Counted from the stretch's first letter, positions 11,015 through 23,154 are shown. The stretch is 64,000 bases of DNA from Carpediemonas membranifera BICM (GCA_019828565.1 JAHDYR010000012.1:1607780-1671779); one strand, 5' to 3'. The notes: generated by a model from the sequence alone, not told the origin. Made by a program: numbers and translations.

Positions 11015-13152
11015 GACGCGCCATGTGTTGTCCGAGTCAAGCTGCAGTAAGACACCGCCGATGCCTTCGAGAGAGGCGTCGGTCTCGAGGCGCCAGGGCC
11101 TGCTCTGGTCCGGATGGGCGAGACCTCTTCGTCTGTCACGGCCTGCTTGAGCTGATCAAACAGAGCCTGAAGCGTGTCGTCCCAGTCGTTGAAGGTGTAG
11201 GGTGGGACCTTGCTGACCAAGGCCTGGAGCGGCTTGAGGCGTGTCTGGCAGTTGGGGATATAGTCACTGAGGTATGTGAACATACCGATGATCATGCGTA
11301 GGTCCTTGACCGAGTGAGGTGCGGCGAGGTCCTGCATGGATCTGACACGAGTAGGGCTCATGCGGCGGCCCTTGCCATCGACGATATCGCCGAGGATCTC
11401 GATAGACGTCGCCCCGAAGACACACTTGTCGCCGCGGAGGCGGACGTTGCGTTCCTCTGCGATACAGAGTAGGCGGTCGACGTGGTCTAGAAGCTCCTGA
11501 GGTGTCTTGGCTCGACCAAAGATGTCGTCGATGTAGTTCTTCGTACCGTCCTCGTCGGACATGAGGCCTAAGAACCACAATATATCCGAGCCGATGAGGA
11601 CCTTATCGGCCCTGCCGCTGATGACGTGCAGGGGCCAATCGATGATCGTTCGGCGGTCGCCCAAGCGGTCCGCGACCAGCGTTGTCTCGAAGGTGCCGTG
11701 TTGCTGGAGACCTTGGTCGTCAGGGCCCGTCAGCTGGACCATGTCGGGGCCCCTCCTGCCAAACTGGGCGAGTGCGTTGGCGAGGTCCAGCGAGATGGTG
11801 GACACTACGGAGCCAGGGTCGACCGTCGCTGAGATAAGCGTGTCACCTATCGTCACTGGAATCCGGAGAAGCCGGCCCGGCGAGTAAGCGTGCTCGGCAT
11901 GCTCTACGTTCTGAACGCTGCCTTGTTGGGGCTTGTTGGGGGGTGTCGGTGTGAATGGTGTGGCCTGCTTGGGGTTCTGCCTGAACTGCCAAGGACCCTT
12001 CGACGTCGATGGTTGCTGGGGCTGCTGTGGTTGTCCAGCGGCCTGTCGTTGGGGACCAACTGCCTGCGGCTGGCGTGACTGGTTCTGCTGGGCGGCTGAG
12101 GCTTGGTGTGGTGTGCGTTGAGAGGCCTGGCCCTGGCGGGGATCTTGAGGTTGGCGGCCCGCCGGTGTGGCTCTGTTAGCCTGACTCTGGCGCTTCAGCA
12201 GCCGGCACTCTTCAGTAGAGTGGCCGCCGGGACCGTGGACGCGGCAGGTCTTGCGGCCGTTGCCCGGTGTAGCGGGGACCTTGGCGCCTGCCATGGGACC
12301 GGAGGTCCTCTGGCAGAAGGACCAAGGCGTGACGATCGTCCCATCGGAGTTAGTTGGCAAAGCCAGGATGCGGTGCTGGACGTCATCGATGGTGGTGGCG
12401 CCGTCGGCGAAATCCTCGAAGGCGAGGGCGGCTTCGGTGACGTCAAAACCGCGGGTCAGCACGCGGAAAAGCGTGGATATCAGCCTCTTCTCGGTGAGGG
12501 GCGTGTAACCGTTTTCTTCTGTCGGGAACTTGGGGTTCAGCTGGCGACAGTGCTTGCCGAAAGCTAGGAACATCTTCTGCATAGAGGTGATGTCTCCACC
12601 TGTGAGCGTGGTCCTTTCCAGGATCGCCGCCGCGCGAGCGGCTGGGTTGGCCCGCTGGGCGGGTGTCAGCTCGAAGTACGCGGTGTAGGTGAGCAAGAGG
12701 TCCGCCCGCTCGCGGAGCTCCTCCCTCGAGAGGCGCTCTGAGGCGTTGGTCGAGGTGTCTGGGGCCGTCGGTGGCGGACTGACCGCCTTGAGGGCTGCGG
12801 TGATGAAGGCCTGCTTCAGCTCGTCTGAAGCGATCGAGGCCGCTTGGGTGTCTATATCCTTGAGCTTGGCCAGGAGAGCGCTGAGCTCCTCGGCCGATTT
12901 GTCGTCGTCGTTCTTCTCGGGTTCATTCTGCTCGGAAGGCTTATGAATGGGAGGACGGATCTCTGTCTCAAAGAAGCATTGGAAATCCTCGAATGTTGGG
13001 AATCTCGTTGTCGGGATGAACGCCGCGCGGATTTCGGCTAGTTTCTCGCTCCCGAGGAAAAAGAGGATGCTAGACGGCTGCTTTTTGCTTGCATCGTGAA
13101 GACGATACTCGTCTAAACGGCTGTTGCTGACTAAAACCATGACAGTGATCAC
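10882..13152 (-). CDS. Element J gag-protease-partial RT
   Basis: CHHC knuckle CRVHGPGGHSTEEC; protease VDPGS; jumps directly from the protease end to NYIDD, so the RT N-half is missing. Likely ATG at 13140. Confidence 0.88.
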   Translation of the reverse strand: MITVMVLVSNSRLDEYRLHDASKKQPSSILFFLGSEKLAEIRAAFIPTTRFPTFEDFQCFFETEIRPPIHKPSEQNEPEKNDDDKSAEELSALLAKLKDIDTQAASIASDELKQAFITAALKAVSPPPTAPDTSTNASERLSREELRERADLLLTYTAYFELTPAQRANPAARAAAILERTTLTGGDITSMQKMFLAFGKHCRQLNPKFPTEENGYTPLTEKRLISTLFRVLTRGFDVTEAALAFEDFADGATTIDDVQHRILALPTNSDGTIVTPWSFCQRTSGPMAGAKVPATPGNGRKTCRVHGPGGHSTEECRLLKRQSQANRATPAGRQPQDPRQGQASQRTPHQASAAQQNQSRQPQAVGPQRQAAGQPQQPQQPSTSKGPWQFRQNPKQATPFTPTPPNKPQQGSVQNVEHAEHAYSPGRLLRIPVTIGDTLISATVDPGSVVSTISLDLANALAQFGRRGPDMVQLTGPDDQGLQQHGTFETTLVADRLGDRRTIIDWPLHVISGRADKVLIGSDILWFLGLMSDEDGTKNYIDDIFGRAKTPQELLDHVDRLLCIAEERNVRLRGDKCVFGATSIEILGDIVDGKGRRMSPTRVRSMQDLAAPHSVKDLRMIIGMFTYLSDYIPNCQTRLKPLQALVSKVPPYTFNDWDDTLQALFDQLKQAVTDEEVSPIRTRAGPGASRPTPLSKASAVSYCSLTRTTHGASCHSSQRSSTTHSRVGARTTRSCSRSSTASLGLTSRPSLESTRT

Positions 13153-13205
13153 TGTGGTATGGATAGAACAGCTAGCGAAAGAGATTTAATCAATTGATTG
13201 GGACA

Positions 13206-14815
13206 TATGGACCTGGTCAAAGGCAATCTTCATGATCGATTGGACTTGGGTCTTGGCGAAGAGACAGCGTGACAGTGCGTCGGTGACTACGTTGTCCTTG
13301 CCAGGTATGTGCTCAATTCGGTACGAGTACTCCTGCATACGCAGGGCCCATCGCATGACCTTCAGGGTCAGCGACTTCCGCATGAAGACGAGGTTTCGGT
13401 GGTCAGTCTGGATCAAAAACGGGTGACCCAGGAGGTGGTGGGAAAACGTCTGGACTACGGCGAAGAAAACGCCGAAAGCTTCCTTCTCGATTGTTGCCCA
13501 TTTCCGCTCGGGTTGGGTAAATGTGTGAGAGCAGTACTCGACCACGCGTTCCTTTCCATCAATCAGGTTAAGGAGCATTCCACCGCACCCGATATCAGAC
13601 GCATCGGTGCGAACTATGATGGGGTAACGGTAGTCAAGGTGGGCGAGTGTACCAGCAGACGCGATCAGGGCTTTCGTTGCCTCGAAGGCGTCCTGGTGAG
13701 CACTGGTCCATTTCCAGGCGTGTTTTCCTGAGGTCAACTCGTACAGAGGCGCAACAGTAGTTGCTAGTCGGGGGACAAAGCGTCTAAAATAGTTGACCGC
13801 TCCCAGGAAGGCACGCGTCGTGGTGATATCGGACGGCGGGGCCATATCCAGGATCGCTTTAGTCCCTCTCGTCGGACATTCTGACACCCTGGCCAGAGGC
13901 AATATGGCCCAAATAGTCGATCTCCGTGGCATACAACTTGCACTTTACTGGGTGGAGGACGAAACGGTAGTCAGCCAGTCGGGCGAGGACCTTATCGAGG
14001 TTCGCGGCTAACTCCTCCACAGTGGAACCGTGGACGGCAATATCATCGATGAAAACTTCGCACACAGTCCCAACCAGGCCTGAAAGGACCTGTCGCATGG
14101 TCGCCTGGAAGAAGGCAGGGGCTGTCTTGATGCCAAAGGGGACCCGTGTGAACTGGAATAGGCCTTCCGCCGTGGCAAAAGCCGTCATAGGGCGGGACTC
14201 AGGATCCAGGGGTATTTGGTGGTACCCAGACACAAGGTCGAGAGTGGCAAAGCAAGTCTTGCCTCTCAGGCGAGCCAGGATCTCATCGGGGGTTGGGGAT
14301 AGGATGGGCATGGTCCTTGACCGTCTCGTTCAAGAGGCGATAGTCGATCACCATTCTGCGGAGACCACCCTTCTTCGCAACCGTAAAGGCTGGGGCGCTC
14401 CAGGGACTTGTAGAGGGCTCGATAATGCCCTTCTCGAGGAGTGAAGCTACCTCAGCATCGATTTGTTCGCGAACCGCAGGGCTCTGGCGACGAGGCGGAA
14501 CAGACACCGGGACAGCGTCTGGTAGCAGTTCGATCACCATGGGCGGTACGTCGGCGCCCTCGGGGTGTACCTGGGCCGTAAAGAGTAAACAGTACTTTGC
14601 TTTAACCTGCGCGATCACTTCAGGCACGTCTTCGACACGAGCAGCACGGGGAGGTGGTGACGACGGACGCGGTTCGTGAGCGTCCGGAACGATGAAAAGA
14701 TCTTCGTCATCGCCCCAATCGTCAAGGCGGCTCGTTGAAACGTCCTCATCATCGTCGATGTTATCCGTAGCGCTGAAAGCGAGGTGGTGGAGCAGATCTA
14801 GCTCCTTCATCGTGT
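13206..14815 (-). mobile_element. Gypsy element E RT-RNase H part
   Basis: IDYRLLN, LDLVSGYHQ, VPFGI, FIDD, RTDAS, TDHRNL, DALSR; continues into the integrase at 9384 across the J insertion. Confidence 0.9.
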
Positions 14816-15390
14816 TGTACGAGATAACTGGCCCTTCACGGCGAACTCCCGCAAGTATGCTTCACGAATAGTGTCGTCCTCGACCAGGTCAAGGCACTCG
14901 AACAAGGTGTTGAACTGCGAGTTCAGTCTCGAAACCTCGAGTGACGTGAATGCCGCGATGCGGAGCCTGATAAGGTTCAGACATTACTCCTTCCTGGTGG
15001 GACGCAAGGCAGCAGCAAGCCGCTGCATAATGGTCCTCTCTTTGACCTTGCGTGATGTTGTGGAAGATTGGTCGTCCTGTTGATCACCCTGAGGAAGCGG
15101 GACATCCTCGAGGGCCTCTAAGCCTAACACCTGGCATACGTAGGATTGTATCTCCGGGCTGATAAGTTTCCGGAGCTTCGCTTTGCCACCTCTGGCCTTG
15201 AAATCGCGCAATGATGTAGTAAACGTCACGAAAGCGCTGAAAGTAGCTTCCTTGAGTAGCGGTGCTTGGTTCTTCCCGTCTCTATCCATCGGGAAAGTAC
15301 TAGTACTGTAGTCTTGGAAGAGATAGGTTTACAAGTAAAACGAGGTTAGGACCCTCCTGGGGTTATTGGTAGATAGTAATATTGACTACA
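14816..15390 (-). mobile_element. Gypsy element G 5' end (84 bp LTR 15307-15390 and degenerate gag)
   Basis: LTR tgtagtc...gactaca with 7 bp terminal inverted repeat; palindrome agtactagtact at 15296-15307; gag ATG at 15289 with premature stop. Confidence 0.8.
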
Positions 15391-16666
15391 CTGTGAAGAA
15401 AAAAGCACCAGAACTCGGCAACGAAGCCTCGTTGAGGCCTCTAATGGCCATATTTCGACAGTACTATGTAATGAACGCGAAGAAGTCCCCATGTTGGGCA
15501 AAATACGAAACCGAAGGTCGTTTTGTAGTACCAACTGCTTTAATCAAATCAATCCCATAAATCACTCAAATCTGGTGGCCGCTGCTCTCGCGTCAGCCCC
15601 CACAGCTGCCTCCTCCTCCTGAGCAGCGGCTTCGGCTGCCAAGAACTCATCGAGTGCGGCCAGACCGCTAACGACGTAGTACGGCTCCCATGTCGGCGCC
15701 TGTCCGACCCAGTCGACCTTGAACTCCGCTTCTCCCAGGTCAGTGATCCGGCGGTCCACCACGGCCCTGACCTACTGCTCACCCAGGTCGAGCCCGGCCA
15801 GCCTGACCAGCTCTTCTTGCGAGATACCCGATCCGTCGAAAGGGATGACTCGCTCAAAGTGCACTTCGATCTTCACTTCCGTATTCTCCACTGATGCAGC
15901 CTTGATACCGAAATTTAGGACCTCGGTGACTCGATAGGGGCCTTTGAGCCGCGGTTGAAGCTTCGGCGGCCGATGCGGGGGCTTCACCAGGATGAGGTCT
16001 CCGATCTTCGGCCGCTTCGCCTCTGGCAAGCCCTCGGCTGCTCTCGTGCCCATAGCACGCTTCTGCCACTCGATGGTCTTCTCTCTCGCTGCCGTCAACG
16101 CTCCCAGCTGCCGTTCTTCTTCCCTCTCCTCCTGAGCGTTGATCGGGAGTAGCCAGTTACGCTTGGGGAGCTCGGCCTTCGATAAGGACCATGGGCTAGT
16201 CCCAATAGACCGATGGAACGTGGTGTTGATCGCCAGTTGGACCAGCGGCAGAGAATCCGGCCAGTCCTCGAACGTACCCCAGTTGCCCATGAGAGACCTC
16301 AGCTTCGTCGTCCACGTGCGGTTGAGTCTCTCACACATACCATTCCCCTGAGGGTGGTAGGCGAACGTCAGCTTCGGCCTGACTCCAAACGCCTCCAGCC
16401 ACGCGACGGTCTCTTCACCGGTGAACTCGCCCCCCTCTGTCGGAGCGGATCTCCTCAGGGATGCCCCATTCACCAAACCAGCTGCACAAGGCCGTGGCTG
16501 CTGCCTTCGCTGACTTATCCTTGGCGGGAACCAGCATCGTCCAGCGCGTAAACTGGTCTATGATCGCGAACACGTACTTGGTGCCGTCGGCCGCGGTCGG
16601 GGTGACCTTGACCGTGTCGATAGCCACGAACTGACCCTGCCGCGTGGCTTCAGTGGCGCCTCCTTG
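15391..16666 (-). mobile_element. Duplicated copy of element H integrase-chromodomain and 3' region
   Basis: Same as 20186-21460 with one extra C near 16435. Confidence 0.85.
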
Positions 16667-18657
16667 TGTGGAGTAATCAATTGATAAACACCTTTTTGCT
16701 TTAAGCCAACGCCACAGTGAATTCACTGCAATGCGAGGCGAAAACATGCTTGTCAGTGTAACAAACGCACATGAGCTCTCCGAGGCCATCAAGTCTTACA
16801 AGAGAGAACTGCCTCATGTGAAGCGCCCTACTTCACTTATTCGCACCTTTGATCCCGCCACGACGGAGTTCCTTCACGCTAATTGGAGGAAGACGAAGGA
16901 ATACGCCTCCTACGAGGCTATGGAAGAGACACGATATCGGACGCTGAGGTCCGCCGCGCTCTGCGTGAAGAGCATAAGCCAGAAGATCGGGTCAGTTCCA
17001 AGGCCGTCATGGCCCAGATCAAGGCACTCCTAGAGGAAGATCTGTTCAACGTTGCCTCCTCTGCCGCCCTGAAGCACCCCGATGGCCCCTTGGCTGCGGC
17101 CGCCCAGCGCCGCGCCACGTCCCTATTTGGCGCAGCAGTCTCCGCTATAGACCCAGAAAACCCGAAGTACACGCCGTTGCTGAACGTCTTCGAGGAAGGC
17201 AACCCGGCAGCCACAGTCCGCGACGGTCAAGAGCTCGCTACGGCTGCCGAGGAGGAGTCAGGCCACGACGCCCCCGACATACGACAGCAGCTTGCGGACG
17301 AGGCCGACGCGATCGCCCCCCATCTTTTCATGACTCTGCTTCCGTCACTCGATGCCGGCGCCCGCCTCATCTCCCTCAATATTTCGAACGAGCTTTATGG
17401 AAAGGCCGCAACACACCGAGTGGCCATCCAACGCCTTCGAGAGGCCGTCGATGAAATCAATCCCGCCATCGAGGCCCCGAACTACGAACAGCTCCACGAA
17501 GCCGCGCTGATCGCGAAGATCAGGGAACTAGCGCTCATTGGCTACACGAAGGAGGCTAAGGCCATCTATAAGGCCGAGATAGAAGCCGATGGCACCGTCG
17601 ACAGCGTTCTAGACGCTCTCGCAGAACTCGACGAAGACCACGACGGAATGATCATCACGCCCTGGCGCGCATTCGCCGCGAAAAAGGTCCAACCGCCAGC
17701 CAAGAGCCAGCCCAACAGCGCCACGACAGCAGGCAGAAAGCCGCAGGCAAGGAAGGTCAGCGGCGATGACCCATATGTCCAGTTCAAGGATAAGTCGAAG
17801 TACTTCATCCCCCGAAGCCTGAGGAAGTACTGCGACTACCACGGCTACAACACGTCACACACCTCGGCCCAGTGCAAGGCCTTGAGCCACAGCTCAGACC
17901 GCCCTTCCGTCCAGCAACGTCTTACCCCTCAGCAAGGCCAACAGCGCCCGGCTCAACAGCAAGGCCAACGACAACAGCCGCGCCAGAGCGGCCAGACAAG
18001 GCCCAATCCGCCGCCACAGCCCTCGGGCCATACCCATCAGTCCCGCCAAGCTGACCCCCAGAACTCAGGCCCCAGGAAGGCCTGGAAGCGCAACGCTCAC
18101 ACTAACCGCCTCGAGAGCGACGTCAACGAGCTCTACGAGTCATCCGACTCCGACTCCGATATCGACGAAGTCGAAGGACGAGCTCGAGTCCGAGCTGGAG
18201 AAGTACAGAGACACCGTCTTCCTTCCCAAGCTTGCACCAGGCGGCGCCAAGCTGCCACATGCCACGATCGACCTCGTTCCCGGGGCCTACCTACCACAGG
18301 CTGCCGCGCGGCCTATTCGCCCTGCTTGGAGAGATGAGGTCAACCAACAACTCGCCGACTTGGAGGCACAGGGCATCATCAGAGACGCCCACGGACACGT
18401 CGCCAGCCCAGTGGTCATCGTCGACCGCCGCTCAGATGCAACCACGCGCAAGCCGCTGAGACTCTGCTGCGACTACAGAGACATCAACAAGAACACGATC
18501 CCCGACGCATTCCCCATGACGGACATCAAGCACCTCGTCCAAGATCTTGTCGGGTCGAGCTACTTCTTCACCATGGACTTACGACAGGGCTTCCATCAGA
18601 TGCCCGTTAGACCCGATGATGTCTACCTCACCGCGTTCCGTGTGCCAGGCGCGTTCA
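16667..18657 (+). mobile_element. Duplicated, 3'-truncated copy of element F (LTR 16667-16716, gag, RT start)
   Basis: Same as 21461-23451 except a 1 bp deletion near 16927. Confidence 0.9.
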
Positions 18658-19605
18658 GTCCCTCTCGTCGGACATTCTGACACCCTGGCCAGAGGCAATA
18701 TGGCCCAAATAGTCGATCTCCGTGGCATACAACTTGCACTTTACTGGGTGGAGGACGAAACGGTAGTCAGCCAGTCGGGCGAGGACCTTATCGAGGTTCG
18801 CGGCTAACTCCTCCACAGTGGAACCGTGGACGGCAATATCATCGATGAAAACTTCGCACACAGTCCCAACCAGGCCTGAAAGGACCTGTCGCATGGTCGC
18901 CTGGAAGAAGGCAGGGGCTGTCTTGATGCCAAAGGGGACCCGTGTGAACTGGAATAGGCCTTCCGCCGTGGCAAAAGCCGTCATAGGGCGGGACTCAGGA
19001 TCCAGGGGTATTTGGTGGTACCCAGACACAAGGTCGAGAGTGGCAAAGCAAGTCTTGCCTCTCAGGCGAGCCAGGATCTCATCGGGGTTGGGGATAGGAT
19101 GGGCATGGTCCTTGACCGTCTCGTTCAAGAGGCGATAGTCGATCACCATTCTGCGGAGACCACCCTTCTTCGCAACCGTAAAGGCTGGGGCGCTCCAGGG
19201 ACTTGTAGAGGGCTCGATAATGCCCTTCTCGAGGAGTGAAGCTACCTCAGCATCGATTTGTTCGCGAACCGCAGGGCTCTGGCGACGAGGCGGAACAGAC
19301 ACCGGGACAGCGTCTGGTAGCAGTTCGATCACCATGGGCGGTACGTCGGCGCCCTCGGGGTGTACCTGGGCCGTAAAGAGTAAACAGTACTTTGCTTTAA
19401 CCTGCGCGATCACTTCAGGCACGTCTTCGACACGAGCAGCACGGGGAGGTGGTGACGACGGACGCGGTTCGTGAGCGTCCGGAACGATGAAAAGATCTTC
19501 GTCATCGCCCCAATCGTCAAGGCGGCTCGTTGAAACGTCCTCATCATCGTCGATGTTATCCGTAGCGCTGAAAGCGAGGTGGTGGAGCAGATCTAGCTCC
19601 TTCAT
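18655..19605 (-). CDS. Element E reverse transcriptase, duplicated copy (intact frame)
   Basis: 316 aa with IDYRLLN, LDLVSGYHQ, FIDD. Confidence 0.88.
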   Translation of the reverse strand: MKELDLLHHLAFSATDNIDDDEDVSTSRLDDWGDDEDLFIVPDAHEPRPSSPPPRAARVEDVPEVIAQVKAKYCLLFTAQVHPEGADVPPMVIELLPDAVPVSVPPRRQSPAVREQIDAEVASLLEKGIIEPSTSPWSAPAFTVAKKGGLRRMVIDYRLLNETVKDHAHPIPNPDEILARLRGKTCFATLDLVSGYHQIPLDPESRPMTAFATAEGLFQFTRVPFGIKTAPAFFQATMRQVLSGLVGTVCEVFIDDIAVHGSTVEELAANLDKVLARLADYRFVLHPVKCKLYATEIDYLGHIASGQGVRMSDERD

Positions 19606-19610
19606 CGTGT

Positions 19611-20185
19611 TGTACGAGATAACTGGCCCTTCACGGCGAACTCCCGCAAGTATGCTTCACGAATAGTGTCGTCCTCGACCAGGTCAAGGCACTCGAACAA
19701 GGTGTTGAACTGCGAGTTCAGTCTCGAAACCTCGAGTGACGTGAATGCCGCGATGCGGAGCCTGATAAGGTTCAGACATTACTCCTTCCTGGTGGGACGC
19801 AAGGCAGCAGCAAGCCGCTGCATAATGGTCCTCTCTTTGACCTTGCGTGATGTTGTGGAAGATTGGTCGTCCTGTTGATCACCCTGAGGAAGCGGGACAT
19901 CCTCGAGGGCCTCTAAGCCTAACACCTGGCATACGTAGGATTGTATCTCCGGGCTGATAAGTTTCCGGAGCTTCGCTTTGCCACCTCTGGCCTTGAAATC
20001 GCGCAATGATGTAGTAAACGTCACGAAAGCGCTGAAAGTAGCTTCCTTGAGTAGCGGTGCTTGGTTCTTCCCGTCTCTATCCATCGGGAAAGTACTAGTA
20101 CTGTAGTCTTGGAAGAGATAGGTTTACAAGTAAAACGAGGTTAGGACCCTCCTGGGGTTATTGGTAGATAGTAATATTGACTACA
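19611..20185 (-). mobile_element. Element G 5' end, second copy (LTR 20102-20185)
   Basis: Duplicate of 14816-15390. Confidence 0.8.
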
Positions 20186-21460
20186 CTGTGAAGAAAAAAG
20201 CACCAGAACTCGGCAACGAAGCCTCGTTGAGGCCTCTAATGGCCATATTTCGACAGTACTATGTAATGAACGCGAAGAAGTCCCCATGTTGGGCAAAATA
20301 CGAAACCGAAGGTCGTTTTGTAGTACCAACTGCTTTAATCAAATCAATCCCATAAATCACTCAAATCTGGTGGCCGCTGCTCTCGCGTCAGCCCCCACAG
20401 CTGCCTCCTCCTCCTGAGCAGCGGCTTCGGCTGCCAAGAACTCATCGAGTGCGGCCAGACCGCTAACGACGTAGTACGGCTCCCATGTCGGCGCCTGTCC
20501 GACCCAGTCGACCTTGAACTCCGCTTCTCCCAGGTCAGTGATCCGGCGGTCCACCACGGCCCTGACCTACTGCTCACCCAGGTCGAGCCCGGCCAGCCTG
20601 ACCAGCTCTTCTTGCGAGATACCCGATCCGTCGAAAGGGATGACTCGCTCAAAGTGCACTTCGATCTTCACTTCCGTATTCTCCACTGATGCAGCCTTGA
20701 TACCGAAATTTAGGACCTCGGTGACTCGATAGGGGCCTTTGAGCCGCGGTTGAAGCTTCGGCGGCCGATGCGGGGGCTTCACCAGGATGAGGTCTCCGAT
20801 CTTCGGCCGCTTCGCCTCTGGCAAGCCCTCGGCTGCTCTCGTGCCCATAGCACGCTTCTGCCACTCGATGGTCTTCTCTCTCGCTGCCGTCAACGCTCCC
20901 AGCTGCCGTTCTTCTTCCCTCTCCTCCTGAGCGTTGATCGGGAGTAGCCAGTTACGCTTGGGGAGCTCGGCCTTCGATAAGGACCATGGGCTAGTCCCAA
21001 TAGACCGATGGAACGTGGTGTTGATCGCCAGTTGGACCAGCGGCAGAGAATCCGGCCAGTCCTCGAACGTACCCCAGTTGCCCATGAGAGACCTCAGCTT
21101 CGTCGTCCACGTGCGGTTGAGTCTCTCACACATACCATTCCCCTGAGGGTGGTAGGCGAACGTCAGCTTCGGCCTGACTCCAAACGCCTCCAGCCACGCG
21201 ACGGTCTCTTCACCGGTGAACTCGCCCCCTCTGTCGGAGCGGATCTCCTCAGGGATGCCCCATTCACCAAACCAGCTGCACAAGGCCGTGGCTGCTGCCT
21301 TCGCTGACTTATCCTTGGCGGGAACCAGCATCGTCCAGCGCGTAAACTGGTCTATGATCGCGAACACGTACTTGGTGCCGTCGGCCGCGGTCGGGGTGAC
21401 CTTGACCGTGTCGATAGCCACGAACTGACCCTGCCGCGTGGCTTCAGTGGCGCCTCCTTG
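20186..21460 (-). mobile_element. Gypsy element H integrase core, chromodomain and 3' region
   Basis: AIDTV, SDRGGEF, CERLN, KGPY; chromodomain FKVDWVGQAPTWEP after a premature stop. Confidence 0.88.
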
Positions 21461-21524
21461 TGTGGAGTAATCAATTGATAAACACCTTTTTGCTTTAAGC
21501 CAACGCCACAGTGAATTCACTGCA

Positions 21525-23132
21525 ATGCGAGGCGAAAACATGCTTGTCAGTGTAACAAACGCACATGAGCTCTCCGAGGCCATCAAGTCTTACAAGAGAG
21601 AACTGCCTCATGTGAAGCGCCCTACTTCACTTATTCGCACCTTTGATCCCGCCACGACGGAGTTCCTTCACGCTAATTGGAGGAAGACGAAGGAATACGC
21701 CTCCTACGAGGCTATGGAAGAGGACACGATATCGGACGCTGAGGTCCGCCGCGCTCTGCGTGAAGAGCATAAGCCAGAAGATCGGGTCAGTTCCAAGGCC
21801 GTCATGGCCCAGATCAAGGCACTCCTAGAGGAAGATCTGTTCAACGTTGCCTCCTCTGCCGCCCTGAAGCACCCCGATGGCCCCTTGGCTGCGGCCGCCC
21901 AGCGCCGCGCCACGTCCCTATTTGGCGCAGCAGTCTCCGCTATAGACCCAGAAAACCCGAAGTACACGCCGTTGCTGAACGTCTTCGAGGAAGGCAACCC
22001 GGCAGCCACAGTCCGCGACGGTCAAGAGCTCGCTACGGCTGCCGAGGAGGAGTCAGGCCACGACGCCCCCGACATACGACAGCAGCTTGCGGACGAGGCC
22101 GACGCGATCGCCCCCCATCTTTTCATGACTCTGCTTCCGTCACTCGATGCCGGCGCCCGCCTCATCTCCCTCAATATTTCGAACGAGCTTTATGGAAAGG
22201 CCGCAACACACCGAGTGGCCATCCAACGCCTTCGAGAGGCCGTCGATGAAATCAATCCCGCCATCGAGGCCCCGAACTACGAACAGCTCCACGAAGCCGC
22301 GCTGATCGCGAAGATCAGGGAACTAGCGCTCATTGGCTACACGAAGGAGGCTAAGGCCATCTATAAGGCCGAGATAGAAGCCGATGGCACCGTCGACAGC
22401 GTTCTAGACGCTCTCGCAGAACTCGACGAAGACCACGACGGAATGATCATCACGCCCTGGCGCGCATTCGCCGCGAAAAAGGTCCAACCGCCAGCCAAGA
22501 GCCAGCCCAACAGCGCCACGACAGCAGGCAGAAAGCCGCAGGCAAGGAAGGTCAGCGGCGATGACCCATATGTCCAGTTCAAGGATAAGTCGAAGTACTT
22601 CATCCCCCGAAGCCTGAGGAAGTACTGCGACTACCACGGCTACAACACGTCACACACCTCGGCCCAGTGCAAGGCCTTGAGCCACAGCTCAGACCGCCCT
22701 TCCGTCCAGCAACGTCTTACCCCTCAGCAAGGCCAACAGCGCCCGGCTCAACAGCAAGGCCAACGACAACAGCCGCGCCAGAGCGGCCAGACAAGGCCCA
22801 ATCCGCCGCCACAGCCCTCGGGCCATACCCATCAGTCCCGCCAAGCTGACCCCCAGAACTCAGGCCCCAGGAAGGCCTGGAAGCGCAACGCTCACACTAA
22901 CCGCCTCGAGAGCGACGTCAACGAGCTCTACGAGTCATCCGACTCCGACTCCGATATCGACGAAGTCGAAGGACGAGCTCGAGTCCGAGCTGGAGAAGTA
23001 CAGAGACACCGTCTTCCTTCCCAAGCTTGCACCAGGCGGCGCCAAGCTGCCACATGCCACGATCGACCTCGTTCCCGGGGCCTACCTACCACAGGCTGCC
23101 GCGCGGCCTATTCGCCCTGCTTGGAGAGATGA
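21525..23132 (+). CDS. Element F gag (runs out of frame at the protease deletion near 22970)
   Basis: Homologous to gag of A and B; CHHC knuckle CDYHGYNTSHTSAQC. Confidence 0.88.
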   Translation: MRGENMLVSVTNAHELSEAIKSYKRELPHVKRPTSLIRTFDPATTEFLHANWRKTKEYASYEAMEEDTISDAEVRRALREEHKPEDRVSSKAVMAQIKALLEEDLFNVASSAALKHPDGPLAAAAQRRATSLFGAAVSAIDPENPKYTPLLNVFEEGNPAATVRDGQELATAAEEESGHDAPDIRQQLADEADAIAPHLFMTLLPSLDAGARLISLNISNELYGKAATHRVAIQRLREAVDEINPAIEAPNYEQLHEAALIAKIRELALIGYTKEAKAIYKAEIEADGTVDSVLDALAELDEDHDGMIITPWRAFAAKKVQPPAKSQPNSATTAGRKPQARKVSGDDPYVQFKDKSKYFIPRSLRKYCDYHGYNTSHTSAQCKALSHSSDRPSVQQRLTPQQGQQRPAQQQGQRQQPRQSGQTRPNPPPQPSGHTHQSRQADPQNSGPRKAWKRNAHTNRLESDVNELYESSDSDSDIDEVEGRARVRAGEVQRHRLPSQACTRRRQAATCHDRPRSRGLPTTGCRAAYSPCLER

Positions 23133-23154
23133 GGTCAACCAACAACTCGCCGAC

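Larger units (their letters stand above)
9385..13205 (-). mobile_element. Complete Gypsy element J (3821 bp, RT partly deleted) with identical 53 bp LTRs, inserted in E
   Basis: Identical LTRs 9385-9437 and 13153-13205; 5 bp TSD tatgg (9380-9384, 13206-13210); PPT gaggagaggggtag; palindrome acagtgatcactgt at 13142-13155. Removing it restores QVHNAESGH in E. Confidence 0.97.
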
